Assembly (NCBI GenBank): GCA_030390025.1
Contig: CM059431.1
Location: forward strand, 149,856,001-149,920,000
Direction: 5' to 3'
DNA from: Squalus acanthias
Lineage: Eukaryota
Length of the DNA: 64,000 nt
Shown here: positions 1 through 11,397 of the stretch, piece after piece
Layout: each line of letters starts with the position of its first letter
Position numbering within the stretch: the first letter of the stretch is position 1
Translations under genes and position numbers: made by a program
Notes under the pieces: model-generated
Databases searched by the model: none
Seen by the model: the letters and a program-made list of their open reading frames with translations, nothing else
Told to the model about the DNA's origin: nothing

Positions 1-243
1 CACCCATTCCAGGTATTAGTCTAGTAAACCTTCTCTGAACTGCTTCCAACGCATTTACATCCTTCCTTAAATAAGCAGAGCAATACTGTACACAGTACTC
101 CAGATCTGGTCGCACCAATGCCATGTAGAAATGAAGCATAACCTATCTACTTTTGTATTCAATTCCCCTCGCATTAAACGATAACATTCTATTAGCTTTC
201 CTAATTACTTGCTGTACCTGCATAATAACATTTAGCGATTCAC
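1..243 (-). mobile_element. CR1-type LINE ORF2 fragment (runs off the window edge)
   Basis: The reverse complement matches the C-terminal RT region of the other CR1 copies and is nearly colinear with 54690-54932. Confidence 0.85.
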
Positions 244-1310
244 AAGAAAAGACCATTCACTGAAACAATCTGCTTTATCCCACATCACTCGCTCTAACAT
301 TCTTACATACGCCTCGCCCATCACTCTAACACTGATATACCACACACCATTCACTGTAAACAGCTGATAACCCCCATACCTCTCACTCTAACTCTCTTAT
401 ATAACACACACCCCTCAATGTAACAAACTGCTAATAACACACATCTCACTGTAACACATTGATATACCCTACAACCCTCACTGTAACACACTCGTGTTCC
501 CCACATGCTTCACTGTAAAACTTTGATATACCCCACACCCCTCACTATAACACACTGATATACCCCACACCACTCACTGTAACACTCTGATATACGCAAC
601 ACTCTGGGCTGTTACTCCCCACATCAATCACTGTAATACTGATATACCTCGCACCACTCACTGTAACACACTCTGATATACTCCACAATCCACCCTGTAA
701 CACTTTGAAACAACCCGCATCCCACACTGTAACACTCTGAAATACCCCACACACTTCATTGTAAAACTCTGATATAACCCACACCCCTCAATGTAACACT
801 CGGATATACCCCACACCAATAACTGTAACACTCTGATATACCGCACTCCTCTCATGGTAACACACTGATATCCCCCACACTGCTCATTGTAACAGTCTGA
901 TATACCCGCACCCTTCACTCTGACACTCTCTGATATATGTGAGAAGTCGCACAACACCAGGTTATAGTCCAAAAGTTTTATTGAAATCACTAGCTTTCGG
1001 AGCTGCAGCCCCTTCTTCACCTGACGAAGGGGCAGCAGCTCGTGATTTCAAATAAAACTGTTGCACTATAACCTGGTGTTGTGCGACTTCTCACTTTTGT
1101 CCACCCCAGTCCAAAACCGGCATCTCCGCATCTCTGATATATGGCAAATCTCCTGAAAGTAATATTCTGATAAAACCCACACCCGTCACTGTAACAGTCT
1201 GATATACCCCACACCACTCACTGTAACCCTCTGATATATGCCACACTGTGGACTGTTACACCCCACACCAGTCACTGTAATACTGATATACCTCGCACCA
1301 CTCACTGTTG
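244..1310. repeat. Minisatellite A, about 32-bp unit (CTCACTGTAACACTCTGATATACCCCACACC-like)
   Basis: Degenerate tandem units are directly visible. The same family occurs inverted at 33990-36080. Confidence 0.9.
940..1130. mobile_element. Short Penelope-like terminal fragment with inverted (hairpin) structure
   Basis: Arms GAGAAGTCGCACAACACCAGGTTATAGT and ACTATAACCTGGTGTTGTGCGACTTCTCAC; same terminus as 4240-4300 and 48400-48460; flanked by direct repeat TCTCTGATATATG (927-939 and 1131-1143). Confidence 0.8.
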
Positions 1311-1554
1311 ACACTGACAATTTAAACCCAGGGCTTCAATTTTGGTAATATGTGGTACTTTATCAAGCACCATTTTAAAATATAGGGAAATTAGGAAAGT
1401 GTGAGCAGTATCAATCATAAATCCATAGAATTGGTGAGACAGGTTGTGATGACAATTTTTTTTATCGGATCGTAATGCGCCACTCTGATCACAGGCACGA
1501 CTGGTTTCAAACAGTGAGAAACACAAATAGTAATTTTATTCCATTTGTATTATT

Positions 1555-1755
1555 TTTATTTATTTGTTCTCAGGATATGGTTGACGCTGTCAAGGCCGCT
1601 ATTACATGTCCATCCCTAGTTACCCATGATAAAATGGTAGGCCTTCATCTTGAGCCGCTGCAGTACGTGTGATGAAGGTGCTCCCACAATACTGTAAAGG
1701 AAAGAATTTCAGTCTTTTGACCAAGTGACGATGAAGGAACAGCGATATATTTGAA
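1555..1755 (-). mobile_element. 3' end of a second non-LTR family (family B LINE)
   Basis: The reverse complement resembles the 3' ends at about 42100-42290 and 59710-59905. Confidence 0.65.
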
Positions 1756-1761
1756 GAATAC

Positions 1762-2055
1762 CGTAGCATAGTGGTTATGTTGCTGGATTGTAAACAAGAT
1801 GCCTGGACTCATGATCCTGTAGTTCAAATCCCCACACATTGGGAATTTAAATTCGATTCATTAAACAATCTGGAATAAAAAATAGTGTCAGCAATGTTGA
1901 CCATGAAACTACCGGGTTCTCGTAAAAACACGATTGGTTCACTAATGTCCTTCAGGGAAGGAAATCTGCCGTCCTTACACATTCTGGCTGAAATGTGACT
2001 CCAAACCCACAGCAATGTGGTTGACTATTAACTGTTCCTCTGAAATGGACTAACA
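1762..2055 (+). mobile_element. tRNA-headed SINE
   Basis: A-box-like TAGCATAGTGG, B-box-like AGTTCAAATCC, and body GGTTCACTAATGTCCTTCAGGGAAGGAAATCTGCCGTCC shared with copies at 8375, 22585 and 33130. Confidence 0.75.
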
Positions 2056-2399
2056 TTGTATAAACACTCGCGGCAGGATACCCAGCTTCTGACCCGCTCT
2101 TGTAGCCACAGTTTTTATGTGGGTGGTCTAGTTAAGTTTCTGGTGAATGGTGACCATCAGGAAATTGATGGTGGGGGATTCGCCAATGGTATTGCCATTG
2201 CATATCAAGGGGAGATGGCACTTTTTGGAGATCGTCACTGCGGGGCACTTGTGTGGTGCGAGTGCAACCCTCATGTATTCCATTCGGACTGCAGAAATGT
2301 TCTACTTTGCTGTGGTGCAAAACATGCTGGATTGAAAGGGGTTAACTGAAGCTGTTTGTTCACTGACTGTAATTAATGTCAGTCTCCATGGCTTAACTG

Positions 2400-2510
2400 A
2401 AGCTGTTTGTTCAGTGATTGTAATCAATGTCAGTCTCCATGGACGCTAATTGTATCAGTGCAGGGTTTCCGTCTTCTATTAATAAAGGACTCCTTTCAAT
2501 GTGTTATCCC
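2400..2510 (+). promoter_or_regulatory. Putative GPCR proximal promoter (TAAT motifs plus AT-rich TATA-like box)
   Basis: Lies about 100-200 bp upstream of the exon-1 ATG. A clearly homologous segment at about 28300-28410 precedes the second exon-1 remnant. Confidence 0.4.
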
Positions 2511-2615
2511 GCAGTGTCAGTGAGAGCATCACCACCGGCACTAACAGGGATCAGCTCGCTGTTCCACAGAGGGAGCAGTCGGAATCTGAGAACAGTGGTT
2601 TGGAATGTTAGAACA

Positions 2616-2796
2616 ATGGATCAGAATCTGAGAACAATCGATTGGAATGTCACAACAGTGGGCAAGAGTTTAATCTGGGAGATTGACCATCTTTCTGCAT
2701 ATCATGATAAAATATCATTCGAAATTTGGATCCATTTAGCACTTAAGGTTATTGAACACTTTTACTATCCGCTCATTGCTGCTTTCGGTGTTCCTG
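2616..2796 (+). CDS. Exon 1 of a class A orphan GPCR (GPR139/GPR142-like): N-terminus and start of TM1
   Basis: MDQNLRTIDWNVTT...FYYPLIAAFGVP followed by G|GTAAGT donor (phase 1). Joins in frame to acceptor CACACAG|TGAAC at 31633 to give ...GVPVNLVTIVILSRGKCGLS. N-glycosylation sequon NVT. Confidence 0.75.
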
Positions 2797-3029
2797 GTAA
2801 GTCTCTCTATCCAGCAGTTCTATAAACCTTGTTTAACTGCATTACTGTTGTTGTAATTTACTCGCCCCTCCTTGTTGCTGTTGTTGTTCCCGGTAAGTCT
2901 TTGTATCCAACTATTAATTCTGCAATCCTTTGCTAACTGCATTACAGTTCTTGTAATTTACTCTCTCGTCTTTGCCCTGTTAATTCTCTATATCCAGCAA
3001 TTAGATCTGTAATCCTCTGTATCACCACC

Positions 3030-4440
3030 TCCACAATATCATCCGTCTCCTACCCGTCTCAGCCATTGCGCTGCATTATCCCCATTTGTTAAATCCAGAA
3101 TCGACTATTCCAATGCTCTCTTAGCCGGCCTCCCAGTTACAGGTCTCCATAAACTGGAGCTCATCCAAAACTCTGCTGTCCATATACTAACAGTTCCGAC
3201 GGGCCACAGCGAAAAATCGCATAGACCTCCTCAGAAGGCAAACACGGGACACAACCAACAGGGTACCTACGTCGTCCAGTACTTTCCCGGAGCGGAGAAA
3301 CTACGCCATGTTCTTCGCAGCCTCCAACATGTCATCGATGACGACGAACACCTCGCTAAGGCCATCCCCACGCCTGCACTACTTGCCTTCAAACAGCCGC
3401 CTAACCTCAGAAGTACCATCGTTCGCAGCAAATTACCCAGCTTTCAGGATAACAGCGACCACGACATCACACAACCCTGCCACGGGAACCTCTGCAAGAC
3501 ATGCCAGATCATCAACACAGATACCATCATCACACGTGAGGACACTACCCACCAGGTACATGGTACATACTCATGTGACTCGGCCAACGTTGTCTACCTC
3601 ATACATTGCAGGAAAGAATGCACCGCGGCATGGTACATCGGCGAGACCATGCAGACACTGAGACAACGTATGAACGGACACCGCGCAACAATCACCAGGC
3701 AGGAGTGTTCCCTCCCAGTCGGGGAACACTTCAGCAGTCAAGGACATTCAGCCTCAGATCTGCGGGTAAGCGTTCTCCAAGGCGGCCTTAGAAACACACG
3801 ACAACGCAAAATCATCGAGCAGAAACTGATTGCCAAGTTGAGAACTCATGAGGACGGCCTCAACCGGGATCTCGGGTTTATGTCACGATACATGACGTGA
3901 TCCAGACTCGAGTCGTCGTTGGCTTGTTAACAGATGTGATTCCCAGTAAAAAAGTAATTTTTTTTAAAGTTTATCGTTTCCCATACTGCGGCTTTTGACA
4001 CATTGGACCCCCTGTGGCTCCACCTCATTGTCTCAGTTGTATCTTGCTATGTCTTTGATGTGGTGCTTTCCTGGCTGACCTGATTGCCTTTTGTCACACC
4101 TCGGCAGATAAACAGTCAGGATGATTTAAATGTAGTCGTCTGCTTTTTTAAGTAACACATGCATTGTTCTCTATCTATATATGCTTTGGCGATTCTGTAT
4201 CTCTTTACTGCACCTGAGAAAGGGGCCACGTATGCTCCGAAAGCTTGTGATTTCAAATAAAACTGTTGGACTATAACCTGGTGTTGTGCGACTTCTCATT
4301 TTCATATACTAACACGCATCATGACCCGTTCACAAATCACCCGTGTGTTCGCTGACCTACATTTGCTCCAGATCAGGCAAAACTTCGAGCTTAATATTAT
4401 ACTCCATGTGTTCAAATCACACAATGCCCTCACCCCTACA
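3030..4440 (+). mobile_element. L2-type LINE 3' fragment, split by a Penelope insertion
   Basis: Degenerate L2 C-terminal motifs (DYSNALLAGLP...KLELIQNSA before the insert; ITRVFADLH after 4314). Confidence 0.7.
3193..4302 (+). mobile_element. 5'-truncated Penelope-like element with GIY-YIG endonuclease domain
   Basis: The frame ending at 3900 reads ...CDSANVVYLIHCRKECTAAWYIGETMQTLRQRMNGHR...GLNRD. 12-bp target-site duplication CATATACTAACA (3181-3192 and 4303-4314). Degenerate hammerhead motif near 4213-4246. Confidence 0.9.
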
Positions 4441-4626
4441 ATTAGTCCATTTCCCTGCTCTTTTCCCATAGTCCTGCACATTGTTGCCCTTGAAGTATTT
4501 ATCCAATTTCCCATTTAAAGGTAATTTATTTTCCTCTGTACCTCCCCCAGACTATCAGTCCCTACTTGTCTTCCTCTCTTTCTCTTTCTCTCTCCCTGTT
4601 CTCTCTTTCTCTCTCTGTCTCCTGCT

Positions 4627-7600
4627 CATAGAATCATAGAATGGTACAGCACAGAAGGAGGACATTCTGCCCATTGTGTCCGTGCCGTCTCTTTGAAAGA
4701 GCTATCTAATTCGTCCTAATCTTCAGTCAGAGCCTCGTAAAAAAATCCCCTTCAACTAATATTACAATTCCCTGTCAAAACTTACTGTTGAATTTGCTTC
4801 CATCACGTTCTCAGACAGTGCATTCCAGATCACAACAACTCACTGCATAACGAAAATTCTCCTCAACTCTCCTCTGCTTCTTTTGTCAATTACCTTAAAT
4901 CTGTGACCGCTGGCTACCCACCATTCTGCAACTGGAAAAAGTTTCGACTTATGTACTCTATCAAAACCCATCATAATTTGAACATCATTATTAAATCTCC
5001 CATTATGGAGAAGGACAAAGATACACCATGTTTAAAAGTTCTCAATTCTGGAAAGGCTAATTTTACTAAGCTGCGATGTGATTTAGCAAAATTGGATTGG
5101 AAACAGTTACTTAAAGGAAATCAGTGCCAGCAGTGGGAAGCATTAGAGGAGGAGATCGTGGGGGTTCGGAGCAAATATGTGTCCACAAAGAAATAGGATT
5201 TGATCCCCAATGCTAGAGTCCCCTGGATGTCAAGAAACGTACAGGTTAGGATAAGGAAAAAAAGGGAAGCTTTTGCCAGATAACGAGAGCTTAATACTAC
5301 AGAAATCCTAGAGGAGTATAGAAAGTGCAGGGGTGAAATTAAAAGTGAAATGAGGAAGGCAAAGAATGGGCATTAAAAAATATTGGCAAGTAAAATCAAG
5401 GAAAACCCAATGATGTTTTATTAATATATAAAGAGCAAGAGTTTATCTAAGGAGAGAGTAGTGCCTAATGGAGACCAACAAGGTAACCTGTGGCGAGGGC
5501 GGAAGACGTGGGTATGATTCTTACTCTATACTTTGCGTTTGTCATCACAGCAGAGAGGGACGTTGCTGACATTGTAGTTGAGGAGGAGTATACAATATTA
5601 GATGAGATAAACATAATGAGAGAGGAACTATTAAGGGGTTTAGCATCTTTCAATGTAGATAAAACACGAGTCCTGGAGGAAATGTATCCCAAGCTGTTAA
5701 GATAGATAAGGGAGGCAATAACAGAGGCTCAGACCATCATTTTCCATTCCTCTATAGCTATTGGCGTGGTGCCAGAGGACTGGAGGACTGCTCACGTTGT
5801 AACGTTGCTTAAAGAGGGAGAATGTGATAGGCCAATGACAGGCCAAACAGCCTAACCACGATGGTGGAAATATATTGGAAAAATTGTGAAAGCCAGTATA
5901 AATTGGCATTTAGAAAGGCACGAATTAATCAAGGGAAGTCAACATGGATTTGTTAAGGAAAGTGCCTGTCTCAGTCACTTGTTTGAATTTTTGGATGAGG
6001 TAACGAGGAGGGTCGATGAGGGTAGTGTATTTGATGGCGTTCACATATATATTAGCAAGGCCTATGGCATGGTCCCACATGACAGGTTAGTCAAAAAAGT
6101 AAAAGTCCATGGGTCCCAACAGGAAGTTGCAAGTTGGAACCAAAATTATCTCAGTGGCAGGAAGAAAAATGTAATGGTCGACAAGTGTTTCGTGTGACTC
6201 GAAGACTGTTTCCAGTGGGGTTCCTCAGAGCTCAGTACTAGGTCCCCTGCTTTTTGTGATATATATCAATGATTAATACTTCAATGCTGGGGCCATAATT
6301 AAGAAGTTTGCAGATGATACATAAATTGACCGTGTGGTTGATAGTGAGGTTATATAACTGTAGAATGCGGGAAGTTATCAATGGACAGGTCAGGCGGGCA
6401 AAAAAGTGGCAAATGGAATTCAATCCATAGAATTATGAGGTAATGCATTTTGGGGCGGTGGCTAACAAGGCAAGGGATTACACAATAAATCTTGGGTAAT
6501 GAGAAGTGTAGAGGAACAGAGGAACCTTGGAGTTCATGTCCACAGATCCGTAAATGTAGCAGGACATGTAGATGGGGAGTTTATGAAGGCATATGCGATA
6601 CTTCGCATTATTATCCGAGGCATAGAACATAAGAGCAGGGAACTTATGCTAGAACTGTATAAAACACTAGTTAGGCCACAGCTAAGAGTACTGCATACTG
6701 TTCTGGCAACCACATTAGAAGAAAGATGTGACTGCACTCGAGAGGGTACAGAGGAGATTCATGAGGATGTTGCCAGGACTGGAGAATTTTAGCTATGAGG
6801 AAAGATCGGATAGGCTGGGGATTTTTACGTTGAAACAGAAGAGGCTGACGGGAGATTTAATTGAGCCGTATAAATTAATGTAGGGCCTGGATAGAGTGGA
6901 TAGAAACCATCTATTTCCCTTAGCAGAGAGGTGAATAACTAGCTTGTATAGAGTTAACGTTTTTGGTGGAAGGATTGGAGGGGAGATGAGGAGATTTTTT
7001 TCACCCAGAGGGCGGTGGTGATCTGGAACACACTGCCTGAAAAGATGGTAGAGGCAGAAAACCTCATCACATTAAAAAGTACTTGGATGTGCACTTGAAC
7101 TTACGTTGATACGGACCAAGAGCTGGAAAGTGGGAATATGCCAGATCACTCTTCTGCGACATGCGCAAATGCGATGGGTGGAATGGCCTCCTTCTGTGCC
7201 GAATATTTCAATGATTCTATAATTCTATGTTTCTTAATCTTCACTGCTCTAACAAGAACAATCCCAGCTTCTCCAGTCTCTCCACGTAACTGAAGTCCCA
7301 GATCCCTGGTAACATTCTGGTAAATCTCGTCAACACCGTTCCTAATCCTTGACATGCTTGCCAAAGTTTCATTCTCAGAATTGAACACAATGCTCCAGAT
7401 GGGACCTAACCAGTGATTTATAAAAGGTTAGCATTAATTCCTGTATTTTGTTACTCTGTGTCTCTGTCTGTAAACCCAAGGTCTCAGTATGTTTTTTTTA
7501 ACAGCCGTCGCAACTTATCCTGCCACCTTCACAGATTTGTGTAAGTACAGCCCAGGTCTCTCTGATCGTGCACCCGCTTTAAAAATTGTACCGTTAAGTT

Positions 7601-8010
7601 TATATTGCCTCTGTTCATACTTCTGACCAATGTATCACTTCATCCTTAACTGTGTTAAGTTGTATCTGGCATGTATCTGTCCATCTCAGCAGTCACTCTT
7701 TGTCCTCCTCAAGCCTGTTGCTAACTTTCTCACTGATTATTAACATTTCCGACTTTCCTGACATCTGCAAACTTTGAAATTATTTGCTGTATACCCAAGT
7801 CCATGGCATTGATGTACTTTGAAAAAGCAGTGGTCTCAGCACCGACACATGGGTAACAGCACTGTATACTTCCCTCGAGTCTGAAAAACAACCGTTTACC
7901 ACTACTGTCTGGATTCTGTCTCTTAGCCAATGTCCGAGCCATGTTGCTACAGCCATTTTAATCCCATGGACATCAATATTATTATTATGTGGTACGTCAT
8001 CAAACGCCTT
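4627..8010 (-). mobile_element. Decayed CR1 LINE (minus), interrupted by the plus-strand CR1 at 5000-7230
   Basis: Tail CATAGAAT repeats at 4627; RT motifs FQKAFDDVPH and ISKFAD in minus ORFs between 7730 and 8106. Confidence 0.8.
5000..7230 (+). mobile_element. Decayed 5'-truncated CR1 LINE
   Basis: Frameshifted ORF2 pieces (SQHGFVK, GVPQSSVLGP, LYKTLVRPQL) and an ATTCTAT-type tail at about 7215-7229. Confidence 0.9.
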
Positions 8011-8374
8011 TTGAAAGGAGAGCGAAATTGGGAAAGTGTGGGCAGTAGCAATCATAGAATCATAGAATTGGTGAAACAACTTTTGTTGACGCCCCACTCT
8101 GAACACAGGCCTCGCCTGGTTTAATCAAAGAATTACAAAATCATTAAGTTTATTCCCATTTTATTATTTATATTAATTTGTTCTCAGGATATGGTAATGC
8201 TGTCAAGGCCGGTCTTAATTTCCGATCCCTCATTACCCATGAGAAAATGGTGTGCCTTCATCTTGAGCCGCTGCAGTCCGTGGGGTGTAGTTGCTCCCAC
8301 AATACTGTTACGCAAGGAATTACAGGCTTTTGACCCAGTGATGATGAAGGAACGGCGATTTGTTTGAAGTGTAC

Positions 8375-8755
8375 GGTAGCATAGTGGTTATGGTGCTGGA
8401 CGGATAAACCCGATGCTTGGATAAATGATCCAGTGTTTAAATCTCACCAGCAATTAATTGAAAAATTCTGGAGGAAAAAGCTAGCATCAGTAAAGCTGAC
8501 CATGACACTACCAGATTGTCGTAAAACACATCTGGTTCACTAATGTCTTTAAGGGAAGAAAATCTGCCGTCCTTAACCATTCTGGACGAAATGTGACTCC
8601 AGATGCACAACAAAGTGTTCGACAATTAACAGCTCCTCTGAAATGGCCTAGCAAGCCTTTCAGTTGTATAAGGCGGCTCACCACCACTTTCTCGAGGGCA
8701 ATTTGGGATGGGCAATAAATGCTGGCCTTTCCAGCGTGGCACACATCCCAATAAT
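8375..8755 (+). mobile_element. tRNA-headed SINE with a family-B LINE-like tail
   Basis: Same body as 1762-2055; ends GGGATGGGCAATAAATGCTGGCC...ACATCCCA like the family-B LINE tails. Confidence 0.75.
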
Positions 8756-9391
8756 TAATTGTTTTAACGTCTAAGTCTGGATGTTGTGTGACTTGAAGTG
8801 ATAAATTGGAGGTGGTTGTGTTTTGAGCTACAGTCCGAGCCGAATTCTTCTCCTTCCCCTGTGCCTCGTCCCCCTGATGCCAATTGTAGAAACCCAGCTG
8901 CAGCCCTGGGGTATGAAAAGTACTTACGGTAAAATACTAAACATAAACAAGCGAAGGTTTGGCATTTTCGGGATGCAAATCCTTTACTGGACACTTGGCC
9001 ATGATTTGGGGCTTCACAGGAGGTGAGAATTTTAAAATCAAATCATTGCCGAACCGGGAGACAATGTAAGTCAGCGAGCACAGGGGTGATGGGTGAACGG
9101 GACTTGGTGCGAGTTAGGACACGGACAGCAGAATTTTGGATCAGAAAGAAATGCTTGTAATTAATTTTAGATATAACTCTTGTATCTCCGCACCCCTGGG
9201 GCAATATGACACGGAAGATAACAACTGACTCTGAATGGGTTCAAGCCGCGCCTTCGAGAGGCAACGTCTTCGCCCAATTCGTCAGCATGCAGTGACATTT
9301 GATGTGTGCCGATGTTGGCAGACAAGGGCCGAGAAATTCGTCTCAGGCGGTGGCGCTAAATGTGCGGTGGTGCTAAACGGGCGGTTAAGGA

Positions 9392-10825
9392 TCATAAGAA
9401 CATAAGAAATAGAATCATGAGTAGACCATTTGACCCATCGAGCCTGCTCCGCCATTCAGTCAGATCATGGCTGATATTTTACCTCATCTCCACTTTCCTG
9501 CACTGTCCCCATCTCCCTTGATTCCCTTAATATACAAAATTCTATCCATCTCTGTCTTGAATATACTCAACGACTGAGCCTCCACCACCCTCAGGGGTAG
9601 AGAATTCCAAAGATTCACCACCCTCTGAGTGAATAAATGTCTCCTCATCTCAGTCCTAATTGGCTTACCCCTTATTCTGAGACTGTGACCCCTGGTTCGA
9701 GGCTCCCATGACAGGAGAAACATCCTCCCTTCATCTACCCTGTCAAGCCCTGTAAGAATTTTGTATGTTTCAAAGAGATCACCTCTCATTCTTCTGAGCT
9801 CTAGAGAATATAGTCCTAGTCTACTCAATCGCTCCTCATAGGTCAATAACCCCATCCCAGGAACCAGTCTGGTGAACCTTCGTTGCACTCCATCGATGGC
9901 AAGTATATCCTTCGTTAGTTAAGGAGACCAAATCTGTTCACAATATCCAGGTATGGTCTCACCAGGGCTCTGTATAATTGCAGTAATACGTTTTTACTCT
10001 TATACCCGTCTCCTCTTGTAATAAAGGCCAACATACCATTTGCTTTCCTAATTGCTTGCTGCACTTGCATGTTAAATTTCATTGATTCGTGTACAAGGAC
10101 AGCCAGGTACCAACATTTCCCACTCTCTCAGCATTTAAAAAATACACTGCGTTTCTATTTTTCCTACCAAAGTGGAAAAAATCACTTTTGTCCACGTTAT
10201 ATTCCATTTGACATGTTCTTGCCCACTGATTAGCCTGTCTATATTACCTTGAATCCTCCTTGCATCATCCTCACAACTTACATTCCCACCCAGCTTTGAA
10301 TCATCAGCAAACTTGGATATATTACATTTGGTCCCATCATCCAAATCATTGATGTAGATTGTGAATAGCTGAGGCTCAAGCACTGATCCGTGCGGTACCC
10401 CACTACTTGCAGCCTGCCAACCCGAAAATGTCCCGTTTATTCCTGCTCTTTGTTTTCTGTCCGTTAACCAATCCTCAATCAATGCTAGTACATTATCCCC
10501 AATCCAATGAGACCTAATTTTGTTTAATAACTTCTTATGTGGCAATTTATCAAATTCCTTCTGAAAATCCAAATACACCACATCCATGCTCTCCTTATTT
10601 ATACGGCTAGTTACAACCTCAAGATTAGTCAAACGCAATTTCCCTTTTATAAATCCGTGCTGACTTTGCCCAATTCTATATTAATGATCTAAGTGCCCTG
10701 TTATGACATCCTTAATAATAGATTCAAGCATTTTCCCTACAACTGATGTCGGGCTAACTGGTCAGTAGTTCCCCATTTTCTCTCTCATTCCTTTCTTAAA
10801 TAGTGGAGTTACATTTGTTACCTGC
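9392..10825 (-). mobile_element. Decayed 5'-truncated CR1 LINE
   Basis: Minus ORFs 9484-9888 and 10135-10638 (YLDFQKEFDK, GVPHGSVL, KFADD); CATAAGAA tail at 9393. Confidence 0.9.
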
Positions 10826-11397
10826 GTTACACGCCGCGCCTGTTATTCAGTTCCACCACAGTCGAAGACGGATTTCTGGACCTAGGTCTTCAATACTTAA
10901 CACTAATTTTCAAGCAAAGGTGTCTCCGTATTTTCTTTGAAGCCACTTCTGTGTCAAAGAATTGGTCTCAGTGATCCTGCAGCATCAATACCCCTGGGTC
11001 CATGTTAAACTAAAAAATCCATTCCGGCCCTTCGTAACTTTCAATGAACATGTAAACAAGAGGGAGGAGCCACAGCCAGTGCACAGAAACATTCATAATG
11101 GCTTTTTTAAGAGACAACCAGTAAAACAGCTTTTCCAAAGAGACAAGACTAGTCAGATAGGCTTTTTAAAGAGACAGAACACATCACACAGGCTTTGTAA
11201 AGAGACAGGATCAGTCACACAGGCTTTTAAAAGAGACAGAACCAGTCACAACGGCTTTTGAAAGAGACAATACCAGTCCCGCAGGCTTTTTAAATAGACA
11301 GGACCTGTCCCACATGCTGTTGAAAGAGACAGGACCAGTTACACAGGCTTTTATTAGAGACAGAGCCAGTCACACCGGCTTTTGAAAGAGACAGGAC

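Noticed and set aside
9190..9260. B-box-like GGGTTCAAGCC suggesting a tRNA
   Set aside because: No cloverleaf or matching A-box could be built.
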